Of a DNA stretch of 64,000 nucleotides, positions 38,778-48,400 are shown in pieces. Position 1 is the stretch's first letter. Every line of letters starts with the position of its first letter. The stretch lies in contig DATADX010000029.1 of the NCBI GenBank assembly GCA_036258315.1, positions 32,769-96,768 on the forward strand, in the 5' to 3' direction. Made by a program: the position numbers and the translations under genes. The notes under the pieces are model-generated. The model did not search any database. It had not been told where the DNA came from and was given only the letters and a program-made list of their open reading frames with translations. The DNA is from Solirubrobacterales bacterium (lineage in GTDB: Bacteria; Actinomycetota; Thermoleophilia; Solirubrobacterales; 70-9).

Positions 38778-41380
38778 CCGCTCGGTGTCGCTCTTGCTCG
38801 CAGGTATCGGATTGCCTCCTGATGCCGGGCGACGCAGGCGCCATAGGCGCGCGACCGCTCCAACTCGGTGTCCTCCGAGGATAAGACCCTGAGCACCGGA
38901 GCGGCGCGATCGGGGCGCCATTCGCACAGGCGGAGCTCGGCGAGAGCGGCGATGCACCGGGCGGCGACCTCGGGGGTGCGGGCATGCTCCCCCGGTCCGG
39001 CGAGGATCGCGCGTAGCCGCCCGCCCTCCGCCTCGCCCCCCGCTTTCGCGAGCAGCCGCCAGACCTGGGTGATCGCGCCGCGCGGCTGCCACTCGAAGCC
39101 GAGGCAGCGCTCGGCCAGCTCGACCTCGCTCGGACCCCAGGCCAGGTGCACATATCCGGCGCCCGACCGCGCCAGTCGCTCGATGGATTCGAACGGGGGC
39201 GGGTCGACCATCACGACGTGGCGAAAGCGGGTTGCCGCGGTCGCCCGGCGGGCCAGCGCGCCCCAGTCCGCAAGCACGAGCCCCGGCGCGGCGGGCGAGC
39301 GGTCGTCGACGGCCCCGAGGGCGTCGAGGCCCGGCTCGCCGCAGCGCGCGCAGGCGATCAGCGGCGCCACGGCGCCGAACCGGCGCGGGTCGGCCGCCGA
39401 CGCGGCAAGCGCGCGGCGACGCGATGCGTCGGCGCAGAGCGCCAGGACCGACTCGCCGCTCGAGACCAGCTCGACCAGCGCAGCGATCGCGGCGCCGCGG
39501 CGACGGTCGACCGGCTCGCGCGAGGGCACGTCCGCGGGGCGGCGCCCGAGCGCCACGGGCCAGCCCTCGTCGGCGCGGGCGAGCTCGGCCTCGAGGCGGG
39601 CCCACCACTCCTCGTCCGAGCAGGGGCAGCTGGCGGCCGCGCAGGCGGACTCGGCCTCCTCGCCCGCCTCGGCCGCGATCGGGTAGACCTCACGCAGCAC
39701 CACCCGGGGCTGGACCGCGCCGTTCCAGCGGTCGACCTCGAGCCGGACCGAGAGGTCGAGCGGCTCACCCTCGCGTCGGGAGAGTTCGCCGTTCATGCCG
39801 AAGGCGACGCCCGCGGCCCGGCCGCTGCCGCTCTCGAGGTCGAAGCGCGAATGCTTGCCCGCCTCGCCGAGCGGCCTGATCGTGCGCAGGCGCCCGGACG
39901 GGACGACCAGGCGGGGGTCAGGGTTGCCCTGCCCGAACGGACCGAGCCGCTCGAGCTGCTCCGCCAGCTCCATCCCGATCCCCTCGCGCCCCACCCCGAC
40001 CAGCGCGTCGACGTTCTCGGTCCGGACCAGTTGCTCGGCCGGGATCCGCTCGCGGGCGACGGCGACGAACGCCTCGCGGAAGGACTCGATGCGATCGCGC
40101 TCGAGCTCCAGCCCGGCGGCGGCCCGGTGGCCGCCGTGCCGAACCAGGTGCGCGGCGCATTCGTCGAGCGCCGCGATCAGATCGAAGCCGGGGATGCTCC
40201 GCGCGGACCCCCGCGCCCTGTCACCCTCGGCCGAGAGCAGGACCACCGGCCGCCAATGCCGTTCGGCGAGCCGCGAGGCCGAGATCCCGACCACCCCTGG
40301 GTGCCAGCCCTCCCCGACGATCACGAGCGCGGGCGCGTCCGCGAGCTCGGCCGGGAGCTCGCGGCGCGCGGCCTCGGCGGCGTCGGCCACCTCGCGCTCG
40401 GTCGCGCGCCGCTCGGCGTTGGCGCGCTCGAGCTCCGCCGCGATCGCGGACGCGCGGGCCGCATCGTCCCCCAGCATCAGCTCGACGCCGGCGTCGGCGC
40501 GGTAGAGGCGCCCGGCGGCGTTGATCCGGGGGGCGAGCCGGAAGCCGAGCCCCCCCTCGTCGACGCTCTCGGGGTCGACCTGGGCGGCCGCCATCAGCGC
40601 CCGCAGCCCGGGCCGAGGCGAGGAGCGGATCAGCGCCAGTCCCTGGCGGACCAGCCTGCGGTTCTCGCCGATCAACGGGACCAGGTCGGCGACCGTCGCC
40701 AGGGCGACGAGGTCGAGCTCGTCGCGGGCGCCGTCGAGCTCGCCGGCGCCGGCGCGGCGGAGCGCCACCGAGAGCTTGTGCGCGACCCCGGCGGCGCACA
40801 GCCCCGAGAACGGGTAGCCCGACACGACCGGATGCAGGATCGGGCAGCCGGGCAGCGCTTCGGGAGGCTCGTGGTGGTCGGTGACGATCACCTCGATCCC
40901 CGCCTCTCGCGCCGCGGCCACCTCCGCTACAGCGGTGATTCCGCAGTCGACCGTGATCACCAGCTCGGTGCGGCGGCGGCTCAGCTCCTCGACCGAGGCC
41001 ATCGACAGCCCGTAGCCCTCCCCGAGCCGGTCCGGGATCAGCCAGTCGCACTCGGCCCCCAGCCGCCGCAGCGTCGCCACCAGGATCGCGGTGGAGGTCA
41101 CGCCGTCGACGTCGTAGTCGCCGTGGACGGTCACGCGGGCCCCCCGGCGCGCGTGCGAGAGGATCAGCTCGCAGACCCGCTCCATCCCGTCGAACTGCAT
41201 CGGATCGTGGTCGTCGCGCGCCTCGAGGAAGGCGCGGGCCTCCTCCACCGTCCGGTATCCCCGGCGCACGAGCGTGACGGCGATCGGCTCCGCGAGCTCC
41301 AGCGCCGACGCGATCCGGCGCACCGCCGCATAGTCGTAGGGATCGGCGCGAAAGACGCTGGCAGGGGCTGTCGAGGCCAC
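38774..41380 (-). CDS. recJ: Single-stranded-DNA-specific exonuclease RecJ with long C-terminal extension
   Basis: 868 aa. DHH motifs (VHGDYDVDGVTS, DCG, VTDHH) and DHHA1 (GGHRAAAG). About 290 extra C-terminal residues. Confidence 0.85.
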   Translation of the reverse strand: MASTAPASVFRADPYDYAAVRRIASALELAEPIAVTLVRRGYRTVEEARAFLEARDDHDPMQFDGMERVCELILSHARRGARVTVHGDYDVDGVTSTAILVATLRRLGAECDWLIPDRLGEGYGLSMASVEELSRRRTELVITVDCGITAVAEVAAAREAGIEVIVTDHHEPPEALPGCPILHPVVSGYPFSGLCAAGVAHKLSVALRRAGAGELDGARDELDLVALATVADLVPLIGENRRLVRQGLALIRSSPRPGLRALMAAAQVDPESVDEGGLGFRLAPRINAAGRLYRADAGVELMLGDDAARASAIAAELERANAERRATEREVADAAEAARRELPAELADAPALVIVGEGWHPGVVGISASRLAERHWRPVVLLSAEGDRARGSARSIPGFDLIAALDECAAHLVRHGGHRAAAGLELERDRIESFREAFVAVARERIPAEQLVRTENVDALVGVGREGIGMELAEQLERLGPFGQGNPDPRLVVPSGRLRTIRPLGEAGKHSRFDLESGSGRAAGVAFGMNGELSRREGEPLDLSVRLEVDRWNGAVQPRVVLREVYPIAAEAGEEAESACAAASCPCSDEEWWARLEAELARADEGWPVALGRRPADVPSREPVDRRRGAAIAALVELVSSGESVLALCADASRRRALAASAADPRRFGAVAPLIACARCGEPGLDALGAVDDRSPAAPGLVLADWGALARRATAATRFRHVVMVDPPPFESIERLARSGAGYVHLAWGPSEVELAERCLGFEWQPRGAITQVWRLLAKAGGEAEGGRLRAILAGPGEHARTPEVAARCIAALAELRLCEWRPDRAAPVLRVLSSEDTELERSRAYGACVARHQEAIRYLRARATPSG

Positions 41381-41431
41381 CGCGCCAAGTTAGGTTCGGC
41401 CCCCGACGGAACCGGCGCGCCCCCTCCCTGC

Positions 41432-41698
41432 CTAGGCCTCGCGCTCCTCCTCGCGCAGCCCGAGGTAGTAGGCGATCGCGAGCGCGATCAGCGCGCCGGG
41501 GACGGCGTAAAGGGCCGTCGCGAGGTCGGTGTCGCTGATGCTCCTTCCAGACGCGATCTGGGCGCCTGCGCCGGTAACCATCGCCCCACTCGCGGCGGCG
41601 ACGAAGGCGCCGACGATGCCTCCGAGGAAGCGGTCGGGCGCGAACACGGTGAAGTGCCAGAGGGCGACGCCCATCGTGAACCAGACGAGCGCGGCCAC
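41432..41698 (-). CDS. GlsB/YeaQ/YmgE-family small membrane protein
   Basis: 88 aa with three hydrophobic Gly/Ala-rich helices. GTG start overlaps the secDF stop by 1 nt. Confidence 0.6.
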   Translation of the reverse strand: MAALVWFTMGVALWHFTVFAPDRFLGGIVGAFVAAASGAMVTGAGAQIASGRSISDTDLATALYAVPGALIALAIAYYLGLREEEREA

Positions 41699-44682
41699 TA
41701 CCTGGGCCTCCCGTGCTTGCGCTTGCGCCGCCCGCCCTTGCCGCCGCGTCCCTCGCGGACCCGGCGCAGCGCCGCGGCGCTCGCCTCGCTCAGCTCCGGC
41801 TTCTCGCCGAGGCCGTCGCCCTTGCCGTCGTCCTCGCGTTCGCCCTGCGCCTGCTCCCCGGTCTCGGCCGCGGGCCGCCGGGGCTCGGGCTCCGCCTCGG
41901 GCGCGGGCGCGACCGGAGCCGGCGGCTCGGGGAGCACTCCTGGGACCGAGGACTTAACGGGCGCCGGCGGCTGGGGCTCGGGGGCCCGTGCCTGCTCCGG
42001 GGCGGGCTCGCCGGCCTCGGCCGGCTCCGCCTCGTCGGCGGCCTCGGGGTGCCCCTCGACCCGCGCGATCACGTTCTCCTCGGGGAACGCCGGCACGTAG
42101 CCCATCTGCTCCTCGATCCGCTCACGGCGGCGGCGGTAGGCGGGTTCGCGCTCCTTCCAGGCCGTCAGCACGGGCGCCGCGATGAAGATCGACGAGTAGG
42201 TACCGGAGGCGATCCCGACCATCATCGCGAAGGCGAAGTCCTGCAGCGTGGTGCTGCCGAAGATGTAGAGGACCGTGACGAGGAAGACGCTCGACAGTCC
42301 CGTGATCAAGGACCTGGTCAGGACCTCGCTCATCGAGCGGTTCACGATCTGGGAGAAGGTCGCCCGCGGCAGCCGCGGCACGTTCTCGCGTATTCGGTCG
42401 AACACGATCACGGTGTCGTAGAGCGAGTAGCCCAGAATCGTGAGGAAGGCCGCGACGGTCCCCGACGTCACCTCCCTCTCGGCCAGGGAGTAGACGCCCC
42501 CCGTGATCAGGATGTCGTGGATCACGGCGATGATCACCGGCACCGCGTACTTGGGCTCGAACCGGAACGCGATGTACGCGCAGATCACGAGCAGCGAGAA
42601 GATGATCGCGTAGACCGCGCTGCGGGCCACCTGCTCGCCGAAGGTCGGCCCGACGCTGGTCGAGTCGAACCCGTTCTCGACGAGCCCGAAGTTGCTCTCG
42701 AGCGCCGGCTGCACCTCGCGGACCTGCTCGGGCTCGATGTCGGCCTCGATCTGGAAGACGTTCTGGCCGAGCTCGTCGTTCTGCGCCTCGGTGATCTCGG
42801 CGTCCTGGATTCCGGCTCCCTCGAGGACGCTGCGGACGTCCTCGACGCTCGCCTCCTCGGCGAGCCCCGCGGTGATCCGGCTGCCGGACTGGAAGTCGAG
42901 CCCGAGGTTGAACTGGAGCGTCGCAAACGAGATCGCGCTGATCAGCAGGATCGCGCCGGAGAACGAGAAGAAGTACTTGCTCATTCCCGTGAAGTCGAAG
43001 TGCCACCGCACCCGCTCCTCGCCGGCCCCGAGCAGGCTGGGCGAGCTCATGAACCGGGCGCCGCCGAAGAGCCCCAGGAAGGCCTGGGTGAAGACGACCG
43101 CGGTGAACAGGGAGGCGATCGTGCCGACGCCGAGGGTGAAGGCGAATCCCTTCACGCTCGCGGTCGAGAGCACGAACAGGATGAACGCCGTGATCAGGGT
43201 GATCACGTTCGCGTCGATGATCGTCGCGATCCCCTTCCGATAGCCGGTCGCGATCGCTGATCGCATCGATTTGCCTGCCCTCGCCTCCTCCTTTATTCGC
43301 TCGAAGATGACGACGTTCGAGTCGGCCGCCACCCCGATCGTCAGGATCAGGCCCGCGATGCCGGGCAGCGTCAGCGTGATCGGGATCAGCTCGATCAGGG
43401 CGTAGAAGAAGATCCCGTAGAGCAGCAAGCCGAGCGCCGCCACGACGCCGAGGAACCGGTAGTAGGCGATCAGGAAGAGAAGGACCACGATCACCCCAGC
43501 GAGACCCGCCTTCAGCCCCTGGTCCAGCGCCTGCTCGCCGAGCGTCGCCGAGACGGTCGACTGGGAGATCAGCTTCAGCTCGATCGGGAGCGCGCCGATC
43601 TTCAGGAACTCGGCCAGGTCCTGGGCCTCCTGGATGTTGAAGCTGCCCTCGATCTGGGCGCCTGTGCGGCCGTCGATCCCGGCCGGGTTCTCGACGAAGT
43701 TGATGATCGGGCGCGAGACGATCTCGTTGTCGAGGACGACCGCGAAGTGGCCGGAGTACTGGGAGGCGGCCGCGGCGTTGCCCGAGATCCCCGGCGGCGC
43801 ATTCTGGAGCCCGCGCTCGGCGATCCCCTTCGTGACGTCCTCGAACGCCAGCCGCCCCTCGTCGGTGAACTCGAAGGTGACGTTGGGCTGGTTGGTGGTG
43901 GGATCGGTCTGCTGCTCGGGGTTGCGGATGTCGTCCCCGGACAGCGCCGGGACGTCCTTGATCACGTAGAAGCCGAGGTTGTCGGTCTGCTCGTTCTCCT
44001 TCTCTTCCGTGTCGGGGTTGTCCTCGGGAGGCTCCTGGCGGACGACGACGGTGCCCTGCGGGACTGTGAGGATCTCCTGGCGGGCCTCCGGGGGCACGTC
44101 CTCGGGCGCCAGGTCGGCGAACAGGTCGTCCCGGGTGGACTCGGGGCCGGAGATCGGCTGCTTCGTCTGCGAGTCGAACAGGTAGAAGGTCGGGCCGGCG
44201 GTCGTGCACTTGTCGTCCACGCAGGAGGGCTGCTGCTGGGAGGCGAGCACGACCGCGTCGTAGAGACGCGGGAACGGCGACTCGGCGGCGCGGTCCGCGG
44301 GCACGTTCGGGTTCGGGATGACGTTCGGCTCCCAGTCGTAGAAGAAGAGCTGGGCGGTGTCGCCGACCTGGTCGATCGCGCGCTGCGCGTTCTGGACGTC
44401 GGGGAGGCCGACCCGGACCGAGTCCGTCCCGAGGCGCGAGATCTCCGGCTCGGAGACCCCGAGGGAGTCGGTGCGCTCGCGGATGATCTCGATCGAGCGG
44501 TCGATGTCGTCCCCGTCGATCTCGGGGTTCTGCGGAGTCGGCCGGCCCTGATAGATCAGCTCGGTGCCGCCGCTCAGGTCGAGGCCGAGCTTCGTGTCCT
44601 TGGTGCTGATCACCCACAGCGAGGCGAGCACCAATCCGGCCACGAACAGCAGCACGAAGAGGTTTCTGCGGCGATTCGCCAC
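41698..44682 (-). CDS. secDF: Fused protein-export membrane protein SecDF with low-complexity C-terminal tail
   Basis: 994 aa. SecD start (LGLDLSGGTELIY) and periplasmic domain, 12 TM segments, SecF region (LGLDFQSGSR). Ends in an approximately 150-aa Pro/Glu/Ala tail with a basic end. Confidence 0.9.
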   Translation of the reverse strand: MANRRRNLFVLLFVAGLVLASLWVISTKDTKLGLDLSGGTELIYQGRPTPQNPEIDGDDIDRSIEIIRERTDSLGVSEPEISRLGTDSVRVGLPDVQNAQRAIDQVGDTAQLFFYDWEPNVIPNPNVPADRAAESPFPRLYDAVVLASQQQPSCVDDKCTTAGPTFYLFDSQTKQPISGPESTRDDLFADLAPEDVPPEARQEILTVPQGTVVVRQEPPEDNPDTEEKENEQTDNLGFYVIKDVPALSGDDIRNPEQQTDPTTNQPNVTFEFTDEGRLAFEDVTKGIAERGLQNAPPGISGNAAAASQYSGHFAVVLDNEIVSRPIINFVENPAGIDGRTGAQIEGSFNIQEAQDLAEFLKIGALPIELKLISQSTVSATLGEQALDQGLKAGLAGVIVVLLFLIAYYRFLGVVAALGLLLYGIFFYALIELIPITLTLPGIAGLILTIGVAADSNVVIFERIKEEARAGKSMRSAIATGYRKGIATIIDANVITLITAFILFVLSTASVKGFAFTLGVGTIASLFTAVVFTQAFLGLFGGARFMSSPSLLGAGEERVRWHFDFTGMSKYFFSFSGAILLISAISFATLQFNLGLDFQSGSRITAGLAEEASVEDVRSVLEGAGIQDAEITEAQNDELGQNVFQIEADIEPEQVREVQPALESNFGLVENGFDSTSVGPTFGEQVARSAVYAIIFSLLVICAYIAFRFEPKYAVPVIIAVIHDILITGGVYSLAEREVTSGTVAAFLTILGYSLYDTVIVFDRIRENVPRLPRATFSQIVNRSMSEVLTRSLITGLSSVFLVTVLYIFGSTTLQDFAFAMMVGIASGTYSSIFIAAPVLTAWKEREPAYRRRRERIEEQMGYVPAFPEENVIARVEGHPEAADEAEPAEAGEPAPEQARAPEPQPPAPVKSSVPGVLPEPPAPVAPAPEAEPEPRRPAAETGEQAQGEREDDGKGDGLGEKPELSEASAAALRRVREGRGGKGGRRKRKHGRPR

Positions 44683-44688
44683 GAGGGA

Positions 44689-45240
44689 TTAGCCCTCGGG
44701 GGTGAGCACGAGCAGCAGCCCGCCGTCGTCGTCGTAGGCGGGGAACACGTCGGCGACAGCCTCGGTCGGCAGGTCGCCCTCTGCGCGCACGGCGACCTTC
44801 TTGCCGAGCGAGCGAACGCCCCACTCGAGGGTCGTCTCGATCGGATCGGTGTCGCCGTCGCCGTCGATGTCGGCGGTCTCGCCGCCGTCGCCCTTGTCGA
44901 TCCACCTGAGGCCGAGCACGTCGCGGACCGGGCGTCCGATCGCGTCCTCGTCCTTGAGCCCGGTCAGCTCGAAGGCGTTCTTCCCGAGGTCGAGCAGGCG
45001 GCCCTGAGCGTCGCAGGTGAAGAAGGCGGCGCCAGGCGCGGGGTAGTAGTCGTCGAGGAGCTCGAAGAGGAAGCCGAAGCCGCACTTCGAGCAACCCTTC
45101 GGCCGGCCGCTGAAGCCGGCGGTCCGCTCGCTACTCAGTTCCCTGTTCCCGCAGTTCGGGCAGATGAAAAAAGGCACTGGCAAAAGGCTAGCTGAGGGCC
45201 TAAACGTAGGTTGACGGCTTCGCCGTCGAGTCGCGGCCAC
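44689..45240 (-). CDS. Hypothetical zinc-ribbon plus PAS-like protein
   Basis: CPNC-x20-CSKC followed by a segment resembling a PAS core (FFTCDAQGRLLDLGKNAFELTGLKDEDAIGRPVRDVLG). Fills the ruvB-secDF gap. The start is uncertain (GTG at 45240 or an internal GTG). Confidence 0.5.
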   Translation of the reverse strand: MAATRRRSRQPTFRPSASLLPVPFFICPNCGNRELSSERTAGFSGRPKGCSKCGFGFLFELLDDYYPAPGAAFFTCDAQGRLLDLGKNAFELTGLKDEDAIGRPVRDVLGLRWIDKGDGGETADIDGDGDTDPIETTLEWGVRSLGKKVAVRAEGDLPTEAVADVFPAYDDDGGLLLVLTPEG

Positions 45241-45255
45241 AGCGCCGGGCGGCCT

Positions 45256-46323
45256 CTAGAAGAGGCTCGCATGGGCCTCGGGGACCGGGAGGCCGAGGTG
45301 CTCGTAGGCCCGTTCGGTCAGCACCCGACCCCGCGGTGTCCGCTTGATCAGACCCTGCTGGAGCAGGTAGGGCTCGAAGACGTCCTCGATCGTGTCCGCC
45401 TCCTCCCCGATCGCGACGGCGAGCGTCGAGAGGCCGACGGGACCGCCCCCGAACTTGGACGCGATCATGTCGAGGAACTGGCGGTCGTGGCGGTCGAGCC
45501 CCGCCGCGTCGACCTCGAGCAGCGCCAGCGCCTCCGCGGCGATCTCGCCGCTGATCTCCCCCGTCCCCTTCACCTCGGCGTAGTCGCGGACCCTGCGCAG
45601 CAGCCGGTTTGCGACGCGCGGCGTGCCGCGCGCTCGCAAGGCGATCGTCTCCGCGCCCTCGCCTGCGATCTCGACCGCGAGGATCCCGGCCGAGCGCAGC
45701 ACGATCCGCTTCAGGTCGCCGGCGTCGTAGTGCTCGAGCCGGTGGCAAACGCCGAACCGGTCTCGCAGCGGCGTCGTCAGCAGCCCGGTCCGGGTCGTCG
45801 CCCCGATCAGCGTAAACGGGGGCAGCTCCAGGGTCACCGTGCGCGCTCCGGCGCCCTGTCCGAGGACGACCGGAAGCCGTCGGTCCTCCATCGCGGGATA
45901 GAGCGTCTCCTCGACGGCGCGGCCGAGCCGGTGGATCTCGTCGATGAAGAAGACGCTGCCGGGCTCGAGCGCGGTCAGGAAGGCCGCGATGTCGGCCTTG
46001 CGCTCGAGCGCCGGCCCCGCCGTCTGCACCAGCGGCGCCCCCAGCTCGGCGGCGATGATGTGGGCGAGCGAGGTCTTGCCGAGCCCCGGCGGGCCGGCGA
46101 GCAGCACATGGTCGAGCGCCTCGGAGCGGCGCCGCGCCGCCTCGATGAAGATCCCCAGCTGCTCGGTCACCTGGGCCTGGTTGACGAAGTCGTCGAGCGT
46201 CGGGGGGCGCAGCGAGCGGTCGAAGTCGTCCTCGACGCGGGCGGCGCGGGCGTCGTGGATAGCGATCTCCTCGTCGCCGTCGAGGCCCGGCGTGCGGATT
46301 CCCTCTCCCGGCTCCGTCCCCAT
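45256..46323 (-). CDS. ruvB: Holliday junction branch migration helicase RuvB
   Basis: 355 aa. Walker [10 protein letters not shown], Walker B FIDEIH. Confidence 0.95.
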   Translation of the reverse strand: MGTEPGEGIRTPGLDGDEEIAIHDARAARVEDDFDRSLRPPTLDDFVNQAQVTEQLGIFIEAARRRSEALDHVLLAGPPGLGKTSLAHIIAAELGAPLVQTAGPALERKADIAAFLTALEPGSVFFIDEIHRLGRAVEETLYPAMEDRRLPVVLGQGAGARTVTLELPPFTLIGATTRTGLLTTPLRDRFGVCHRLEHYDAGDLKRIVLRSAGILAVEIAGEGAETIALRARGTPRVANRLLRRVRDYAEVKGTGEISGEIAAEALALLEVDAAGLDRHDRQFLDMIASKFGGGPVGLSTLAVAIGEEADTIEDVFEPYLLQQGLIKRTPRGRVLTERAYEHLGLPVPEAHASLF

Positions 46324-46925
46324 CAGGCGGCCTTCGCGCCGGCGGCGTGGCGGAGCGCGGCCTGAACGATCTCCTCGGGTGTCTCCCCGCTCGCGTTCGC
46401 GAGCAGGCGCTCGGCCTCGACCGGCGTGTAGCCGAGGTTGAGGAGGCCCTCGCGCGCCATCGACCGCGGGTCCTCCTCCCCGCCCTCCGAGATCACGATC
46501 GCGTCGGCGTCGCCCTCGATCTCACCGGCCACCTTCTCGCGCAGCTCGACGATGATCCGCTCCGCGGTCCGCTTGCCGATCCCCGGGACGGCCTGGAACC
46601 GCTTCGCGTCGCCCGCCGCGATCGCAAGCAGGAGGTCCCTGACCGGTCCCCCGGAGAGGACGGCGAGCCCGACCTTGGGCCCGACCCCGCCGACCGAGAT
46701 CAGCTTCAGGAACAGGTCGCGCTCCTCCTCGCTCGCGAAGCCGTACAGGCTGAGCGCGTCGTCGCGGGCGACGAGATGGGCATGCAGCGTCGTCCTCTTG
46801 CCGCGCGCGGGGACCGACTTCAGCGTCTCGGCGGAGACGGCGAGGCTGTAGCCGACGCCGCCCGCCTCGATCACGACGTGGTCGGCCCGGCGCACCAGCA
46901 CCTCTCCTGACACGGAGGCGATCAT
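46323..46925 (-). CDS. ruvA: Holliday junction DNA helicase RuvA
   Basis: 200 aa. [10 protein letters not shown]-terminus and HhH motifs ([25 protein letters not shown]). Confidence 0.9.
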   Translation of the reverse strand: MIASVSGEVLVRRADHVVIEAGGVGYSLAVSAETLKSVPARGKRTTLHAHLVARDDALSLYGFASEEERDLFLKLISVGGVGPKVGLAVLSGGPVRDLLLAIAAGDAKRFQAVPGIGKRTAERIIVELREKVAGEIEGDADAIVISEGGEEDPRSMAREGLLNLGYTPVEAERLLANASGETPEEIVQAALRHAAGAKAA

Positions 46926-46961
46926 CCCCGTTGATTCTGCGCGCCGGCTCGGATGCCTTCG

Positions 46962-47507
46962 TCAGCCTGCGAGCCTGTGCGCCGCCGCCTGCGCGGTGCC
47001 GACGGCCGGCCGCCCGAGCGCCGCGACCGACTCGCGTATCGCCGCTCCCCCGGCGTGGCAGATCGCGACCGCGAACGCGTCCGCTGCATGGTCGGGGCGC
47101 GGCGGCTCGGGCAGCCCGAGCAGGCTCGCGACCATCTCCTGCACCTGGGCCTTGTCGGCCGAGCCGGAGCCGCAGACCGCCTTCTTGACGGCCTGCGGCG
47201 TGTAGTCGAAGCACGGCACCGCCTTCTGGGCCGCGGCAAGCATCGCCACTCCGCGCGCCTGGCCGACGCTCAGCGCCGAACCGACGTTGCGGCCGAAGAA
47301 CAGGTCCTCGAGCGCCATCGCCTTCGGCTCGTGCCAGGCGATCAGCTGCCGCAGCGAGTGATGGATCCGCTCCAGGCGCTCCTCGGCGGGCAGATCGGGT
47401 CCGGTCTCGATCACCCCGCCGTCCAGCGCGACCATTCGGCTGCCGATCGTGCGAACCACGCCGAATCCCGTGTTCGCAGCGCCCGGGTCTATCCCGATCA
47501 CGATCAC
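46962..47507 (-). CDS. ruvC: Crossover junction endodeoxyribonuclease RuvC
   Basis: 181 aa. IGIDPG...GFGVV N-terminus and the catalytic DAADAFAVA region. Confidence 0.9.
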   Translation of the reverse strand: MIVIGIDPGAANTGFGVVRTIGSRMVALDGGVIETGPDLPAEERLERIHHSLRQLIAWHEPKAMALEDLFFGRNVGSALSVGQARGVAMLAAAQKAVPCFDYTPQAVKKAVCGSGSADKAQVQEMVASLLGLPEPPRPDHAADAFAVAICHAGGAAIRESVAALGRPAVGTAQAAAHRLAG

Positions 47508-47565
47508 GCACCCTTGTTCTAGCTCGCGATCCGGATGTCCTCCGAACGAATGTCGAGGTCGGCGG

Positions 47566-48318
47566 CTAGCTCGCCGCGGCGCGCTCGAGGACCTCCTCGG
47601 GCACGTCGAAGTTCGCGTGGACCGAGTCGACGTCGTCCTGCTCCTCGAGCGCGTCCATCAGGCGCAGCAACGGGCGGGCGTCGGACTCCGAGATCTCGAC
47701 CGTGCTCTGCGGCTCCATCGAGAGCGCGGCGGACTCGATCTCGACTCCGGCCTGCTCGAGCGCGGCGCGAACGGCGGCGAGATCGCCGGCCGCGGTGGTC
47801 ACCTTGAGGACGTCGCCGTCGGTGGCGACGTCCTCGGCGCCGGCGTCGATCGCGCCCATCAGGTCGTCCTCGCCGTAGCGCTCGCCGTCGACGAGGATCA
47901 CGCCGCGCTTCTCGAACTGCCACGCGACCGAGTTGGGCTCGCCGAGGCTGCCCCCGTGGCGCTCGAACGCGTGACGCACCTCCGCGCCGGTCCGGTTGCG
48001 GTTGTCGGTCAGCGCCTCGACCAGGATCGCGGCGCCCCCGGGCCCGTAGCCCTCGTAGGTGACCGACTCGATCGCCTCGGCGTCCCCGCCCTCGCCGGTG
48101 CCACGGTCGATCGCACGCTGGATGTTGTCCTTCGGCATCGAGGCATCGCGGGCCTTCTGCACGGCCAGCCCCAGCGCCGGGTTGGCATCGATGTTGCCGC
48201 CGCCTTCGCGCGCGGCGACCGTGATCGCGCGAGCGAGCTTGGTGAAGAGCTTCCCGCGCTTGGCGTCGGCGGCGCCCTTCTTGTGCTTGATCGATGACCA
48301 CTTCGAGTGACCGGACAT
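47566..48318 (-). CDS. YebC/PmpR-family protein
   Basis: 250 aa. MSGHSKWSSIKHKKGAADAKRGKLFTK is diagnostic of the family. Sits upstream of ruvCAB as usual. Confidence 0.92.
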   Translation of the reverse strand: MSGHSKWSSIKHKKGAADAKRGKLFTKLARAITVAAREGGGNIDANPALGLAVQKARDASMPKDNIQRAIDRGTGEGGDAEAIESVTYEGYGPGGAAILVEALTDNRNRTGAEVRHAFERHGGSLGEPNSVAWQFEKRGVILVDGERYGEDDLMGAIDAGAEDVATDGDVLKVTTAAGDLAAVRAALEQAGVEIESAALSMEPQSTVEISESDARPLLRLMDALEEQDDVDSVHANFDVPEEVLERAAAS

Positions 48319-48347
48319 CGACCTGATTCTAGGAGCCGTGCCGGGAC

Positions 48348-48387
48348 GAGACGGGGCGCCCCGGAGGGGCGCCCCGCTGACCGTCTC
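48348..48387 (-). terminator. Strong GC hairpin between the P-domain gene and yebC
   Basis: GAGACGG...CCGTCTC encloses two copies of the self-complementary decamer GGGGCGCCCC separated by GGA. No T-tract. Confidence 0.35.
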
Positions 48388-48400
48388 CTGTCCGTTGCGC

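Noticed and set aside
36031-45094. A series of very long ORFs (36031-39153 minus, 36633-38822 plus, 39146-42100 plus, 42122-45094 minus, 41713-43260 plus).
   Set aside because: All are antisense or alternative frames of rel, recJ and secDF. They have low-complexity Arg/Pro/Gly-rich translations and lack any domain signature.
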